A stretch of 64,000 nucleotides of DNA. Origin: the human T2T-CHM13v2.0 reference genome, Homo sapiens. Shown here in pieces: positions 14,137 to 28,297 of the stretch (position 1 is the first letter of the stretch; each line of letters starts with the position of its first letter). The translations under genes were made by a program, and so were the position numbers. The notes beneath the pieces were generated by a model. The model did not search any database. It had not been told where the DNA came from and saw nothing but the letters and a program-made list of their open reading frames with translations. The stretch is from the NCBI GenBank assembly GCA_009914755.4, contig CP086569.2, positions 28,352,001 to 28,416,000 on the forward strand, written 5' to 3'.

Positions 14137-17100
14137 AATCGAATGGAAAGTAATCCAATGGAATAGAATCTAATGCTATAAAATCGACTCAGATAGAGTA
14201 GAATGTAATGGAATGGAGTGCAGTGCAATGGAATGGAATGGAATGGAATACAATGGAATGGAATGGAATGGAATGGAATGGGATGGAATGGTATGGAATG
14301 GATAGTAATGGACTGGAGTGAAATGGACTGGAAAGGAATGGACTCAAATTGAAAGGGCTCGAAAGGAATGGAGTCAAATGGAATGGTCTGGAATGGAATG
14401 AACACGAATGTAATGCAATCCAATAGAATGGAATCGAATGGCATGGAATATAAAGAAATGGAATCAAAGAGAATGGAAACAAACGGAATGGAATTGAATG
14501 GAATGGAATTGAATGGAATGGGAACGAATGGAGTGAAATTGTATGCAGTAGAAGAGAATAGAATGGAATGCAAGCGAAAGGAAAGGAATGGATTGGAATG
14601 GAATGGAATTCATTGGAATGGAAGGGAATGTAGTGTAATGGACAGGCCTGGAATAAAGTGGAATGCTACGGTCTCGAATGGAATAAAAATGTATGGAATG
14701 GAATGCAATGAAACGGAATCGAATGTCATAGAATGTAATGGAATGCAAAAAAATGGACTCCAAAATCATTGACTGGAAAGGCTGGGTGTCGAAAGGAATT
14801 GACTCCAATGGAATGGAATCGAATGGAATGGAAGTGAATAGAATCGAACTAAATCGAATGGAATGGAATTGATAGGAACGGAATGGAAAGGAATGCAATG
14901 AATTGGCATGGAATGGAATCGAATGGCATCGAATGGAATGGAATGGAATGCAATGCAATGGAATGTATTAGAATGTAATGAACTTTAATGGAATGTACTC
15001 GAATGGATTCGACTGGAATGGAATGTTCTGGAAGTGAATGGACTCCAATGGAATGAATTCAAAAGGAATGGAATCGTATGGAATGGAATCTAATGGAATG
15101 GAATTAAATGGAAATGAATCAAATTGAATAACACAGAATTGAATTGAATGGAATCGAATGCAATGGAATCTAATGAAACGGAAAGGAATGGAATGGAATG
15201 GAATGGAATGGGCTGGAATGGAAAGGAATCGAAACGAATGGAATGGAATCGAACTGAAGAGACTGGAATGGAATGCACTGTAATGGAAGGGAGTGTAATG
15301 GAAGGTTCTCGACAAAAATGGAATCGAATGGAATGGAATTGAATGGAACGGAATAGAGTCGAATGGAATTGAATGGAATGGAATGGACTAGAGTGAAATG
15401 GAATCGAACCACAAGGAATGGACAGGAATAGAATGGTCTCGAATTGAATGGAATCGTATGGAATGGCATCAAACGGAATGGAATGGGCAGCCACGGAATG
15501 GAATGCACTCGAATGCAATGGAGTCGAAACTAATGGACTGGAATAGCATGGACTCGACTGGTACGGACTCCAATGGAATGGAATCGAATGGAAGGGAATC
15601 GAACGGAATGGACTCGAAGGGAAAAGACTGCAATGGAAAGGTCTCGAATGGAATGGAAATTAATGGAATGGAATGGAATCGAATGAAATGGAGTCAAAAG
15701 GAATGGAATCGAATGGCAAGAAATCGAATGTAATGGAATCGCAAGGAATTGATGTGAACGGAACGGAATGGAATGGAATCCAAAGGAATGGAATAGAATG
15801 GAATGGAATCGAATGGCAAGGACTGGAATGGAAATCACTCGAATAGAATGCAATTTAATAAAATAGGATGAAATGTAATGGAATGGAATGGAAAGGAATC
15901 GAAACGAAAGGAATGGAGACAGATGGAATGGAATGGAACAGAGAGCAATGGTATAGAATGGAATGGAATCATCTGGAATGGAATTGAATGGAATGGAATA
16001 ATATGAAATGGAATGGAATGGAATGGAATGCCCTTGAATTAAATGGACTGGAATGGAATGGACTCGAACAGAGTGGAATGGAAAGTGTTGAGATAGAATG
16101 GAATGGACTCGTTTGGAATGGTCTAGTATGCAATGCAATCGACTGACAGGGAACCAAAAGGAATGTAATCGAATGGATTGGACTGGAATGCAATGGACTC
16201 GAATAGATTGGAAACGGAATGCAAAGGAATGGAATGGAATAGTATGGAATGGAATGGAAAGGAATGGAGTGGAATAGACTAGAGTGGAATGGAATGGACT
16301 CGAAAGCAATGGACTGGAATGGAACTTTCTTGAATGGACTGGAATCAAACGGAATGGAATGCAATGCAATCAAATGGCATGGAATAAAATAGAATGAAAG
16401 AGAATCAAATGGAATTGAATCGAATGGAATCGAATGGATTGGAAAGGAATAGAATGGAATGGAATGGAATTGACTCAAATGGAATGGACTAGAATGGAAT
16501 GGATTCGAATGGAAGGCAAAGGAATGGAATCTATTGGAATGGACTGCAATGGAATGGAATGGAAGGGATTGGAATGGACTCGAATGGAATGGACTGCAAT
16601 AGAAAGGATTCGAATGGAATGAAAAAGAATTGAATGGAATAGAACAGAATGGAATCAAATCGAATGAAATGGAATGGAATAGAAAGGAATGGAATGAAAT
16701 GGAATGGAAAGGATTCGAATGGAATGCAATCGAATGGAATGGAATCGAACGGAATGGAATAAAATGGAAGAAAACTGGTAAGAAATGGAATCGAAATGAA
16801 TGGAGTGTTATGGAACGGACTTCAAAGGAATTGAATGTAATAGAATGGAGTGGAGTGGACTCGAATATAATGGACTGGAATGGAATGAAATCACATGGAA
16901 TGGGAACGAATGGAATGGAATGGAAAGGAATGGAATCGAATGGAAAGGAATCGAATGGAAGGGAATGAAATTGAATCAACAGGAATGGAAGGGAATAGAA
17001 TAGACGGTAATGGAATGGACTCGAATAGAATGGACACGAATGCTCAAATTGAATGGACTCGAATGGAATGGAAACGAAAGGAATGTCATCGAATGGAATT

Positions 17101-17680
17101 GAATCGATTGGAATGAAATCGCATAGAATGGAGTGGAATCAAATGGAATTGAATCGAAAGGAAAGGAAGCGAATGGACTGAAATGAAATGGAATGGAATT
17201 GAATGGAAAGTAAAGCAATGGAATAGAATGGAACGAAATTTCACGGAATGGAATCAAACTGAATGGAATCAAATCAATGGAATATAATCAAATGGAATGG
17301 AAAGGAATTGAATGGAGTAGATGGGATTGGATGGGATTGGAATGAAATGTACTGGAAAGGACTCGAATTTCATGAAACGGAATGGAATGAATTGGAATGG
17401 AATTCACTCGAATGGAATGGAATGTCATGGAATGGCATCAAATGGAATGGCATCAAATGGAATGGAATCGAATGCAATGGAATGCTATGGAATGGAATGG
17501 AATGCATTGGAATGGAATGTCCTCTAATGGAATGGATTCGAGTGGAATGGAATCGAATATAATGGAGTCGAATGAAATGGAATTGAAAGGAATGGGATCG
17601 AATACAATGGAATATACTGGAATGTAATGTAATGAACTCGAATGTAATTGACTGGAATGGAATGTACATGAATGGAATGT
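14137..17680 (+). repeat. HOR copy 5 (3544 bp)
   Basis: Anchor motif at 14137. Identical to copy 3. Confidence 0.85.
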
Positions 17681-20600
17681 AATCGAATGGAAAGTAATCC
17701 AATGGAATAGAATCTAATGCAATAAAATCGACTCAGATAGAGTAGAATGTAATGGAATGGAGTGCAGTGCAATGGAATGGAATGGAATGGAATGGAATGC
17801 AATGGAATGGAATGGAATGGAATGGAATGGAATGGGATGGAATGGTATGGAATGGATAGTAATGGACTGGAGTGAAATGGACTGGAAAGGAATGGACTCA
17901 AATTGAAAGGGCTCGAAAGGAATGGAGTCAAATGGAATGGTCTGGAATGGAATGAACACGAATGTAATGCAATCCAATAGAATGGAATCGAATGGCATGG
18001 AATATAAAGAAATGGAATCGAAGAGAATGGAAACAAACGGAATGGAATTGAATGGAATGGAATTGAATGGAATGGGAACGAATGGAGTGAAATTGTATGC
18101 AGTAGAAGAGAATAGAATGGAATGCAAGCGAAAGGAAAGGAATGGATTGGAATGGAATGGAATTCATTGGAATGGAAGGGAATGTAGTGTAATGGACAGG
18201 CCTGGAATAAAGTGGAATGCTACGGTCTCGAATGGAATAAAAATGTATGGAATGGAATGCAAAGAAACGGAATCGAATGTCATAGAATGTAATGGAATGC
18301 AAAAAAATGGACTCCAAAATCATTGACTGGAAAGGCTGGGTGTCGAAAGGAATTGACTCCAATGGAATGGAATCGAATGGAATGGAAGTGAATAGAATCG
18401 AACTAAATCGAATGGAATGGAATTGATAGGAACGGAATGGAAAGGAATGAAATGATTTGGCATGGAATGGAATCGAATGGCATCGAATGGAATGGAATGG
18501 AATGCAATGCAATGGAATGTATTAGAATGTAATGAACTTTAATGGAATGTACTCGAATGGATTCGACTGGAATGGAATGTTCTGGAAGTGAATGGACTCC
18601 AATGGAATGGATTGAAAAGGAATGGAATCGTACGGAATGGAATCTAATGGAATGGAATTAAATGGAAATGAATCAAATTGAATAGCACGGAATTGAATTG
18701 AATGGAATCGAATGCAATGGAATCTAATGAAACGGAAAGGAATGGAATGGAATGGAATGGAATGGGCTGGAATGGAAAGGAATCGAAACGAGTGGAATGG
18801 AATCGAACTGAAGAGACTGGAATGGAATGCACTGGAATGGAAGGGAGTGTAATGGAAGGTTCTCGAAAAAAATGGAATCGAATGGAATGGAATTGAATGG
18901 AACGGAATAGAGTCGAATGGAACTGAATGGAATGGAATGGACTAGAGTGAAATGGAATCGAACCACAAGGAATGGACAGGAATAGAATGGTCTCGAATTG
19001 AATGGAATCGTATGGAATGGCATCAAACGGAATGGAATGGACAGCCACGGAATGGAATGCACTCGAATGCAATGGAGTCGAAACTAATGGACTGGAATAG
19101 AATGGACTCGACTGGTACGGACTCCAATGGAATGGAATCGAATGGAAGGGAATCGAACGGAATGGACTCGAAGGGAAAAGACTGCAATGGAAAGGTCTCG
19201 AATGGAATGGAAATTAATGGAATGGAATGGAATCGAATGAAATGGAGTCAAAAGGAATGGAATCGAATGGCAAGAAATCGAATGTAATGGAATCGCAAGG
19301 AATTGATGTGAACGGAACGGAATGGAATGGAATCCAAAGGAATGGAATAGAATGGAATGGAATCGAATGGAAAGGACTCGAATGGAAATCACTCGAATAG
19401 AATGCAATTTAATAAAATAGGATGAAATGGAATGGAATGGAATGGAAAGGAATCGAAACGAAAGGAATGGAGACAGATGGAATGGAATGGAACAGAGAGC
19501 AATGGTATAGAATGGAATGGAATCATCTGGAATGGAATTGAATGGAATGGAATAATATGAAATGGAATGGAATGGAATGGAATGCCCTTGAATTAAATGG
19601 ACTGGAATGGAATGGACTCGAACAGAGTGGAATGGAAAGTGTTGAGATAGAATGGAATGGACTCCTTTGGAATGGTCTAGTATGCAATGCAATCGACTGG
19701 CAGGGAATCAAAAGGAATGTAATCGAATGGATTGGACTGGAATGCAATGGACTCGAATAGATTGGAAACGGAATGCAAAGGAATGGAATGGAATAGTATG
19801 GAATGGAATGGAAAGGAATGGAGTGGAATAGACTAGAGTGGAATGGAATGGACTCGAAAGCAATGGACTGGAATGGAACTTTCTTGAATGGACTGGAATC
19901 AAACGGAATGGAATGCAATGCAATCAAATGGCATGGAATAAAATAGAATGAAAGAGAATCAAATGGAATTGAATCGAATGCAATCGAATGGATTGGAAAG
20001 GAATAGAATGGAATGGAATGGAATTGACTCAAATGGAATGGACTAGAATGGAATGGATTCGAATGGAAGGCAAAGGAATGGAATCTATTGGAATGGACTG
20101 CAATGGAATGGAAAGGAAGGGATTGGAATGGACTCGAATGGAATGGACTGCAATAGAAAGGATTCGAATGGAATGAAAAAGAATTGAATGGAATAGAACA
20201 GAATGGAATCAAATCGAATGAAATGGAATGGAATAGAAAGGAATGGAATGAAATGGAATGGAAAGGATTCGAATGGAATGCAATCGAATGGAATGGAATC
20301 GAACGGAATGGAATAAAATGGAAGAAAACTGGCAAGAAATGGAATCGAAATGAATGGAGTGTTATGGAACGGACTCAAAAGGAATTGAATGTAATAGAAT
20401 GGAGTGGAGTGGACTCGAATATAATGGAGTGGAATGGAATGAAATCACATGCAATGGGAACGAATGGAATGGAATGGAAAGGAATGGATTCGAATGGAAA
20501 GGAATCGAATGGAAGGGAATGAAATTGAATCAACAGGAATGGAAGGGAATAGAATAGACGGTAATGGAATGGACTCGAATAGAATGGACACGAATGCTCA

Positions 20601-21234
20601 AATTGAATGGACTCGAATGGAATGGAAACGAAAGGAATGTCATCGAATGGAATGGAATCGATTGGAATGAAATCGCATAGAATGGAGTGGAATCAAATGG
20701 AATTGAATCGAAAGGAAAGGAAGCGAATGGACTGAAATGTAATGGAATGGAATTGAATGGAAAGTAATGCAATGGAATAGAATGGAACGAAATTTCACGG
20801 AATGGAATCAAACTGAATGGAATCAAATCAATGGAATATAATCAAATGGAATGGAAAGGAATTGAATGGAGTAGATGGGATTGGATGGGATTGGAATGAA
20901 ATGTACTGGAAAGGACTCAAATTTCATGAAACGGAATGGAATGAATTGGAACGGAATGGACTCGAATGGAATGGAATGTCATGGAATGGCATCAAATGGA
21001 ATGGCATCAAATGGAATGGAATCGAATGCAATGGAATGCTGTGGAATGGAATGGAATGCATTGGAATGGAATGTCCTCTAATGGAATGGATTCGAGTGGA
21101 ATGGAATCGAATATAATGGAGTCGAATGAAATGGAATTGAAAGGAATGGGATCGAATACAATGGAATATACTGGAATGTAATGTAATGAACTCAAATGTA
21201 ATTGACTGGAATGGAATGTACATGAATGGAATGT
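17681..21234 (+). repeat. HOR copy 6 (3554 bp)
   Basis: Anchor motif at 17681. Confidence 0.85.
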
Positions 21235-24200
21235 AATCGAATGGAAAGTAATCCAATGGAATAGAATCTAATGCAATAAAATCGACTCAGATAGAGTAGA
21301 ATGTAATGGAATGGAGTGCAGTGCAATGGAATGGAATGGAATGGAATGCAATGGAATGGAATGGAATGGAATGGAATGGAATGGGATGGAATGGTATGGA
21401 ATGGATAGTAATGGACTGGAGTGAAATGGACTGGAAAGGAATGGACTCAAATTGAAAGGGCTCGAAAGGAATGGAGTCAAATGGAATGGTCTGGAATGGA
21501 ATGAACACGAATGTAATGCAATCCAATAGAATGGAATCGAATGGCATGGAATATAAAGAAATGGAATCGAAGAGAATGGAAACAAATGGAATGGAATTGA
21601 ATGGAATGGAATTGAATGGAATGGGAACGAATGGAGTGAAATTGTATGCAGTAGAAGAGAATAGAATGGAATGCAAGCGAAAGGAAAGGAATGGATTGGA
21701 ATGGAATGGAATTCATTGGAATGGAAGGGAATGTAGTGTAATGGACAGGCCTGGAATAAAGTGGAATGCTACGGTCTCGAATGGAATAAAAATGTATGGA
21801 ATGGAATGCAATGAAACGGAATCGAATGTCATAGAATGTAATGGAATGCAAAAAAATGGACTCCTAAATCATTGACTGGAAAGGCTGGGTGTCGAAAGGA
21901 ATTGACTCCAATGGAATGGAATCGAATGGAATGGAAGTGAATAGAATCGAACTAAATCGCATGGAATGGAATTGATACTAACGGAATGGAAAGGAATGCA
22001 ATGATTTGGCATGGAATGGAATCGAATGGCATCGAATGGAATGGAAGGGAATGCAATGGAATGGAATGTATTAGAATGTAATGAACTTTAATGGAATGTA
22101 CTCGAATGGATTCGACTGGAATGGAATGTTCTGGAAGTGAATGGACTCCAATGGAATGGATTGAAAAGGAATGGAATCGTACGGAATGGAATCTAATGGA
22201 ATGGAATTAAATGGAAATGAATCAAATTGAATAGCACGGAATTGAATTGAATGGAATCGAATGCGATGGAATCTAATGAAACGGAAAGGAAAGGAATGGA
22301 ATGGAATGGAATGGGCTGGAAAGGAAAGGAATCGAAACGAGTGGAATGGAATCGAACTGAAGAGACTGGAATGGAATGCACTGGAATGGAAGGGAGTGTA
22401 ATGGAAGGTTCTCGAAAAAAATGGAATCGAATGGAATGGAATTGAATGGAACGGAATAGAGTCGAATGGAATTGAATGGAATGGAATGGACTAGAGTGAA
22501 ATGGAATCGAACCACAAGGAATGGACAGGAATAGAATGGTCTCGAATTGAATGGAATCGTATGGAATGGCATCAAACGGAATGGAATGCACTCGAATGCA
22601 ATGGAGTCGAAACTAATGGACTGGAATAGAATGGACTCGACTGGTACGGACTCCAATGGAATGGAATCGAATGGAAGGGAATCGAACGGAATGGACTCGA
22701 AGGGAAAAGACTGCAATGGAAAGGTCTCGAATGGAATGGAAATTAATGGAATGGAATGGAATCGAATGAAATGGAGTCAAAAGGAATGGAATCGAATGGC
22801 AAGAAATCGAACGTAATGGAATCGCAAGGAATTGATGTGAACGGAACGGAATGGAATGGAATCCAAAGGAATGGAATAGAATGGAATGGAATCGAATGGA
22901 AAGGACTCGAATGGAAATCACTCGAATAGAATGCAATTTAATAAAATAGGATGAAATGTAATGGAATGGAATGGAAAGGAATCGAAACGAAAGGAATGCA
23001 GACAGATGGAATGGAATGGAACAGAGAGCAATGGTATAGAATGGAATGGAATCATCTGGAATGGAATGGAATGGAATGGAATGGAATGGAATGCCCTTGA
23101 ATTAAATGGACTGGAATGGAATGGACTCGAACAGAGTGGAATGGAAAGTGTTGAGATAGAATGGAATGGACTCCTTTGGAATGGTCTAGTATGCAATGCA
23201 ATGGACTGGCAGGGAATCAAAAGGAATGTAATCGAATGGATTGGACTGGAATGCAATGGACTCGAATAGATTGGAAACGGAATGCAAAGGAATGGAATGG
23301 AATAGTATGGAATGGAATGGAAAGGAATGGAGTGGAATAGACTAGAGTGGAATGGAATGGACTCGAAAGCAATGGACTGGAATGGAACTTTCTTGAATGG
23401 ACTGGAATCAAACGGAATGGAATGCAATGCAATCAAATGGCATGGAATAAAACAGAATGAAAGAGAATCAAATGGAATTGAATCGAATGGAATCGAATGG
23501 ATTGGAAAGGAATAGAGTGGAATGGAATGGAATTGACTCAAATGGAATGGACTAGAATGGAATGGATTCGAATGGAAGGCAAAGGAATGGAATCTATTGG
23601 AATGGACAACAATGGAATGGAAAGGAAGGGATTGGAATGGACTCGAATGGAATGGACTGCAATAGAAAGGATTCGAATGGAATGAAAAAGAATTGAATGG
23701 AATAGAACAGAATGGAATCAAATCGAATGAAATGGAATGGAATAGAAAGGAATGGAATGAAATGGAATGGAAAGGATTCGAATGGAATGCAATCGAATGG
23801 AATGCAATCGAACGGAATGGAATAAAATGGAAGAAAACTGGCAAGAAATGGAATCGAAATGAATGGAGTGTTATGGAACGGACTCCAAAGGAATTGAATG
23901 TAATAGAATGGAGTGGAGTGGACTCGAATATAATGGACTGGAATGGAATGAAATCACATGGAATGGGAACGAATGGAATGGAATGGAAAGGAATGGAATC
24001 GAATGGAAAGGAATCGAATGGAAGGGAATGAAATTGAATCAACAGGAATGGAAGGGAATAGAATAGACGGTAATGGAATGGACTCGAATAGAATGGACAC
24101 GAATGCTCAAATTGAATGGACTCGAATGGAATGGAAACGAAAGGAATGTCATCGAATGGAGTTGAATCGATTGGAATGAAATCGCATAGAATGGAGTGGA

Positions 24201-24743
24201 ATCAAATGGAATTGAATCGAAAGGAAAGGAAGCGAATGGACTGAAATGAAATGGAATGGAATTGAATGGAAAGTAATGCAATGGAATAGAATGGAACGAA
24301 ATTTCACGGAATGGAATCAAACTGAATGGAAACAAATCAATGGAATATAATCAAATGGAATGGAAAGGAGTTGAATGGAGTAGATGGGATTGGATGGGAT
24401 TGGAATGAAATGTACTGAAAAGGACTCGAATTTCATGAAACGGAATGGAATGAATTGGAACGGAATGGACTCGAATGGAATGGAATGTCATGGAATGGCA
24501 TCAAATGGAATGGCATCAAATGGAATGGAATCGAATGCAATGGAATGCTATGGAATGGAATGGAATGCATTGGAATGGAATGTCCTCTAATGGAATGGAT
24601 TCGAGTGGAATGGAATCGAATATAATGGAGTCGAATGAAATGGAATTGAAAGGAATGGGATCGAATACAATGGAATATACTGGAATGTAATGTAATGAAC
24701 TCGAATGTAATTGACTGGAATGGAATGTACATGAATGGAATGT
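21235..24743 (+). repeat. HOR copy 7 (3509 bp; 20-bp deletion allele removing acagccacgg)
   Basis: Anchor motif at 21235. Shares ctcctaaatc and cgcatggaatgg with copies 8-11. Confidence 0.85.
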
Positions 24744-27700
24744 AATCGAATGGAAAGTAATCCAATGGAATAGAATCTAATGCAATAAAATCGACTCAGA
24801 TAGAGTAGAATGTAATGGAATGGAGTGCAGTGCAATGGAATGGAATGGAATGGAATGCAATGGAATGGAATGGAATGGAATGGAATGGAATGGAATGGGA
24901 TGGAATGGTATGGAATGGATAGTAATGGACTGGAGTGAAATGGACTGGAAAGGAATGAACTCAAATTGAAAGGGCTCGAAAGGAATGGAGTCAAATTGAA
25001 TGGTCTGGAATGGAATGAACACGAATGTAATGCAATCCAATAGAATGGAATCGAATGGCATGGAATATAAAGAAATGGAATCGAAGAGAATGGAAACAAA
25101 TGGAATGGAATTGAATGGAATGGAATTGAATGGAATGGGAACGAATGGAGTGAAATTGTATGCAGTAGAAGAGAATAGAATGGAATGCAAGCGAAAGGAA
25201 AGGAATGGATTGGAATGGAATGGAATTCATTGGAATGGAAGGGAATGTAGTGTAATGGACAGGCCTGGAATAAAGTGGAATGCTACGGTCTCGAATGGAA
25301 TAAAAATGTATGGAATGGAATGCAATGAAACGGAATCGAATGTCATAGAATGTAATGGAATGCAAAAAAATGGACTCCTAAATCATTGACTGGAAAGGCT
25401 GGGTGTCGAAAGGAATTGACTCCAATGGAATGGAATCGAATGGAATGGAAGTGAATAGAATCGAACTAAATCGCATGGAATGGAATTGATACTAACGGAA
25501 TGGAAAGGAATGCAATGATTTGGCATGGAATGGAATCGAATGGCATCGAATGGAATGGAAGGGAATGCAATGGAATGGAATGTATTAGAATGTAATGAAC
25601 TTTAATGGAATGTACTCGAATGGATTCGACTGGAATGGAATGTTCTGGAAGTGAATGGACTCCAATGGAATGGATTGAAAAGGAATGGAATCGTACGGAA
25701 TGGAATCTAATGGAATGGAATTAAATGGAAATGAATGAAATTGAATAGCACGGAATTGAATTGAATGGAATCGAATGCAATGGAATCTAATGAAACGGAA
25801 AGGAAAGGAATGGAATGGAATGGAATGGGCTGGAATGGAAAGGAATCGAAACGAGTGGAATGGAATCGAACTGAAGAGACTGGAATGGAATGCACTGGAA
25901 TGGAAGGGAGTGTAATGGAAGGTTCTCGACAAAAATGGAATCGAATGGAATGGAATTGAATGGAACGGAATAGAGTCGAATGGAATTGAATGGAATGGAA
26001 TGGACTAGAGTGAAATGGAATCGAACCACAAGGAATGGACAGGAATAGAATGGTCTCGAATTGAATGGAATCGTATGGAATGGCATCAAACGGAATGGAA
26101 TGGACAGCCACGGAATGGAATGCACTCGAATGCAATGGAGTCGAAACTAATGGACTGGAATAGAATGGACTCGACTGGTACGGACTCCAATGGAATGGAA
26201 TCGAATGGAAGGGAATCGAACGGAATGGACTCGAAGGGAAAAGACTGCAATGGAAAGGTCTCGAATGGAATGGAAATTAATGGAATGGAATGGAATCGAA
26301 TGAAATGGAGTCAAAAGGAATGGAATCGAATGGCAAGAAATCGAATGTAATGGAATCGCAAGGAATTGATGTGAACGGAACGGAATGGAATGGAATCCAA
26401 AGGAATGGAATAGAATGGAATGGAATCGAATGGAAAGGACTCGAATGGAAATCACTCGAATAGAATGCAATTTAATAAAATAGGATGAAATGTAATGGAA
26501 TGGAATGGAAAGGAATCGAAACGAAAGGAATGGAGACAGATGGAATGGAATGGAACAGAGAGCAATGGTATAGAATGGAATGGAATCATCTGGAATGGAA
26601 TTGAATGGAATGGAATAATATGAAATGGAATGGAATGGAATGGAATGCCCTTGAATTAAATGGACTGGAATGGAATGGACTCGAACAGAGTGGAATGGAA
26701 AGTCTTGAGATAGAATGGAATGGACTCCTTTGGAATGGTCTAGTATGCAATGCAATGGACTGGCAGGGAATCAAAAGGAATGTAATCGAATGGATTGGAC
26801 TGGAATGCAATGGACTCAAATAGATTGGAAACGGAATGCAAAGGAATGGAATGGAATAGTATGGAATGGAATGGAAAGGAATGGAGTGGAATAGACTAGA
26901 GTGGAATGGAATGGACTCGAAAGCAATGGACTGGAATGGAACTTTCTTGAATGGACTGGAATCAAACGGAATGGAATGCAATGCAATCAAATGGCATGGA
27001 ATAAAACAGAATGAAAGAGAATCAAATGGAATTGAATCAAATGGAATCGAATGGATTGGAAAGGAATAGAGTGGAATGGAATGGAATTGACTCAAATGGA
27101 ATGGACTAGAATGGAATGGATTCGAATGGAAGGCAAAGGAATGGAATCTATTGGAATGGACAGCAATGGAATGGAAAGGAAGGGATTGGAATGGACTCGA
27201 ATGGAATGGACTGCAATAGAAAGGATTCGAATGGAATGAAAAAGAATTGAATGGAATAGAACAGAATGGAATCAAATCGAATGAAATGGAATGGAATAGA
27301 AAGGAATGGAATGAAATGGAATGGAAAGGATTCGAATGGAATGCAATCGAATGGAATGCAATCGAACGGAATGGAATAAAATGGAAGAAAACTGGCAAGA
27401 AATGGAATCGAAATGAATGGAGTGTTATGGAACGGACTCCAAAGGAATTGAATGTAATAGAATGGAGTGGAGTGGACTCGAATATAATGGACTGGAATGG
27501 AATGAAATCACATGGAATGGGAACGAATGGAATGGAATGGAAAGGAATGGAATCGAATGGAAAGGAATCGAATGGAAGGGAATGAAATTGAATCAACAGG
27601 AATGGAAGGGAATAGAATAGACGGTAATGGAATGGACTCGAATAGAATGGACACGAATGCTCAAATTGAATGGACTCGAATGGAATGGAAACGAAAGGAA

Positions 27701-28297
27701 TGTCATCGAATGGAGTTGAATCGATTGGAATGAAATCGCATAGAATGGAGTGGAATCAAATGGAATTGAATCGAAAGGAAAGGAAGCGAATGGACTGAAA
27801 TGAAATGGAATGGAATTGAATGGAAAGTAATGCAATGGAATAGAATGGAACGAAATTTCACGGAATGGAATCAAACTGAATGGAATCAAATCAATGGAAT
27901 ATAATCAAATGGAATGGAAAGGAGTTGAATGGAGTAGATGGGATTGGATGGGATTGGAATGAAATGTACTGAAAAGGACTCGAATTTCATGAAACGGAAT
28001 GGAATGAATTGGAACGGAATGGACTCGAATGGAATGGAATGTCATGGAATGGCATCAAATGGAATGGCATCAAATGGAATGGAATCGAATGCAATGGAAT
28101 GCTATGGAATGGAATGGAATGCATTGGAATGGAATGTCCTCTAATGGAATGGATTCGAGTGGAATGGAATCGAATATAATGGAGTCGAATGAAATGGAAT
28201 TGAAAGGAATGGGATCGAATACAATGGAATATACTGGAATGTAATGTAATGAACTCGAATGTAATTGACTGGAATGGAATGTACATGAATGGAATGT
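24744..28297 (+). repeat. HOR copy 8 (3554 bp)
   Basis: Anchor motif at 24744. Near-identical to copy 9 (offset 3554). Confidence 0.85.

Noticed and set aside
4700-18950. Possibility that the near-identical 7-kb blocks are assembly duplications rather than biology
   Set aside because: It cannot be excluded from sequence alone. However, the copies differ by a few SNVs and a 15-bp indel, and similar nested duplications occur at three other places with different offsets. This argues for a real array structure. It is kept as a finding with this caveat.
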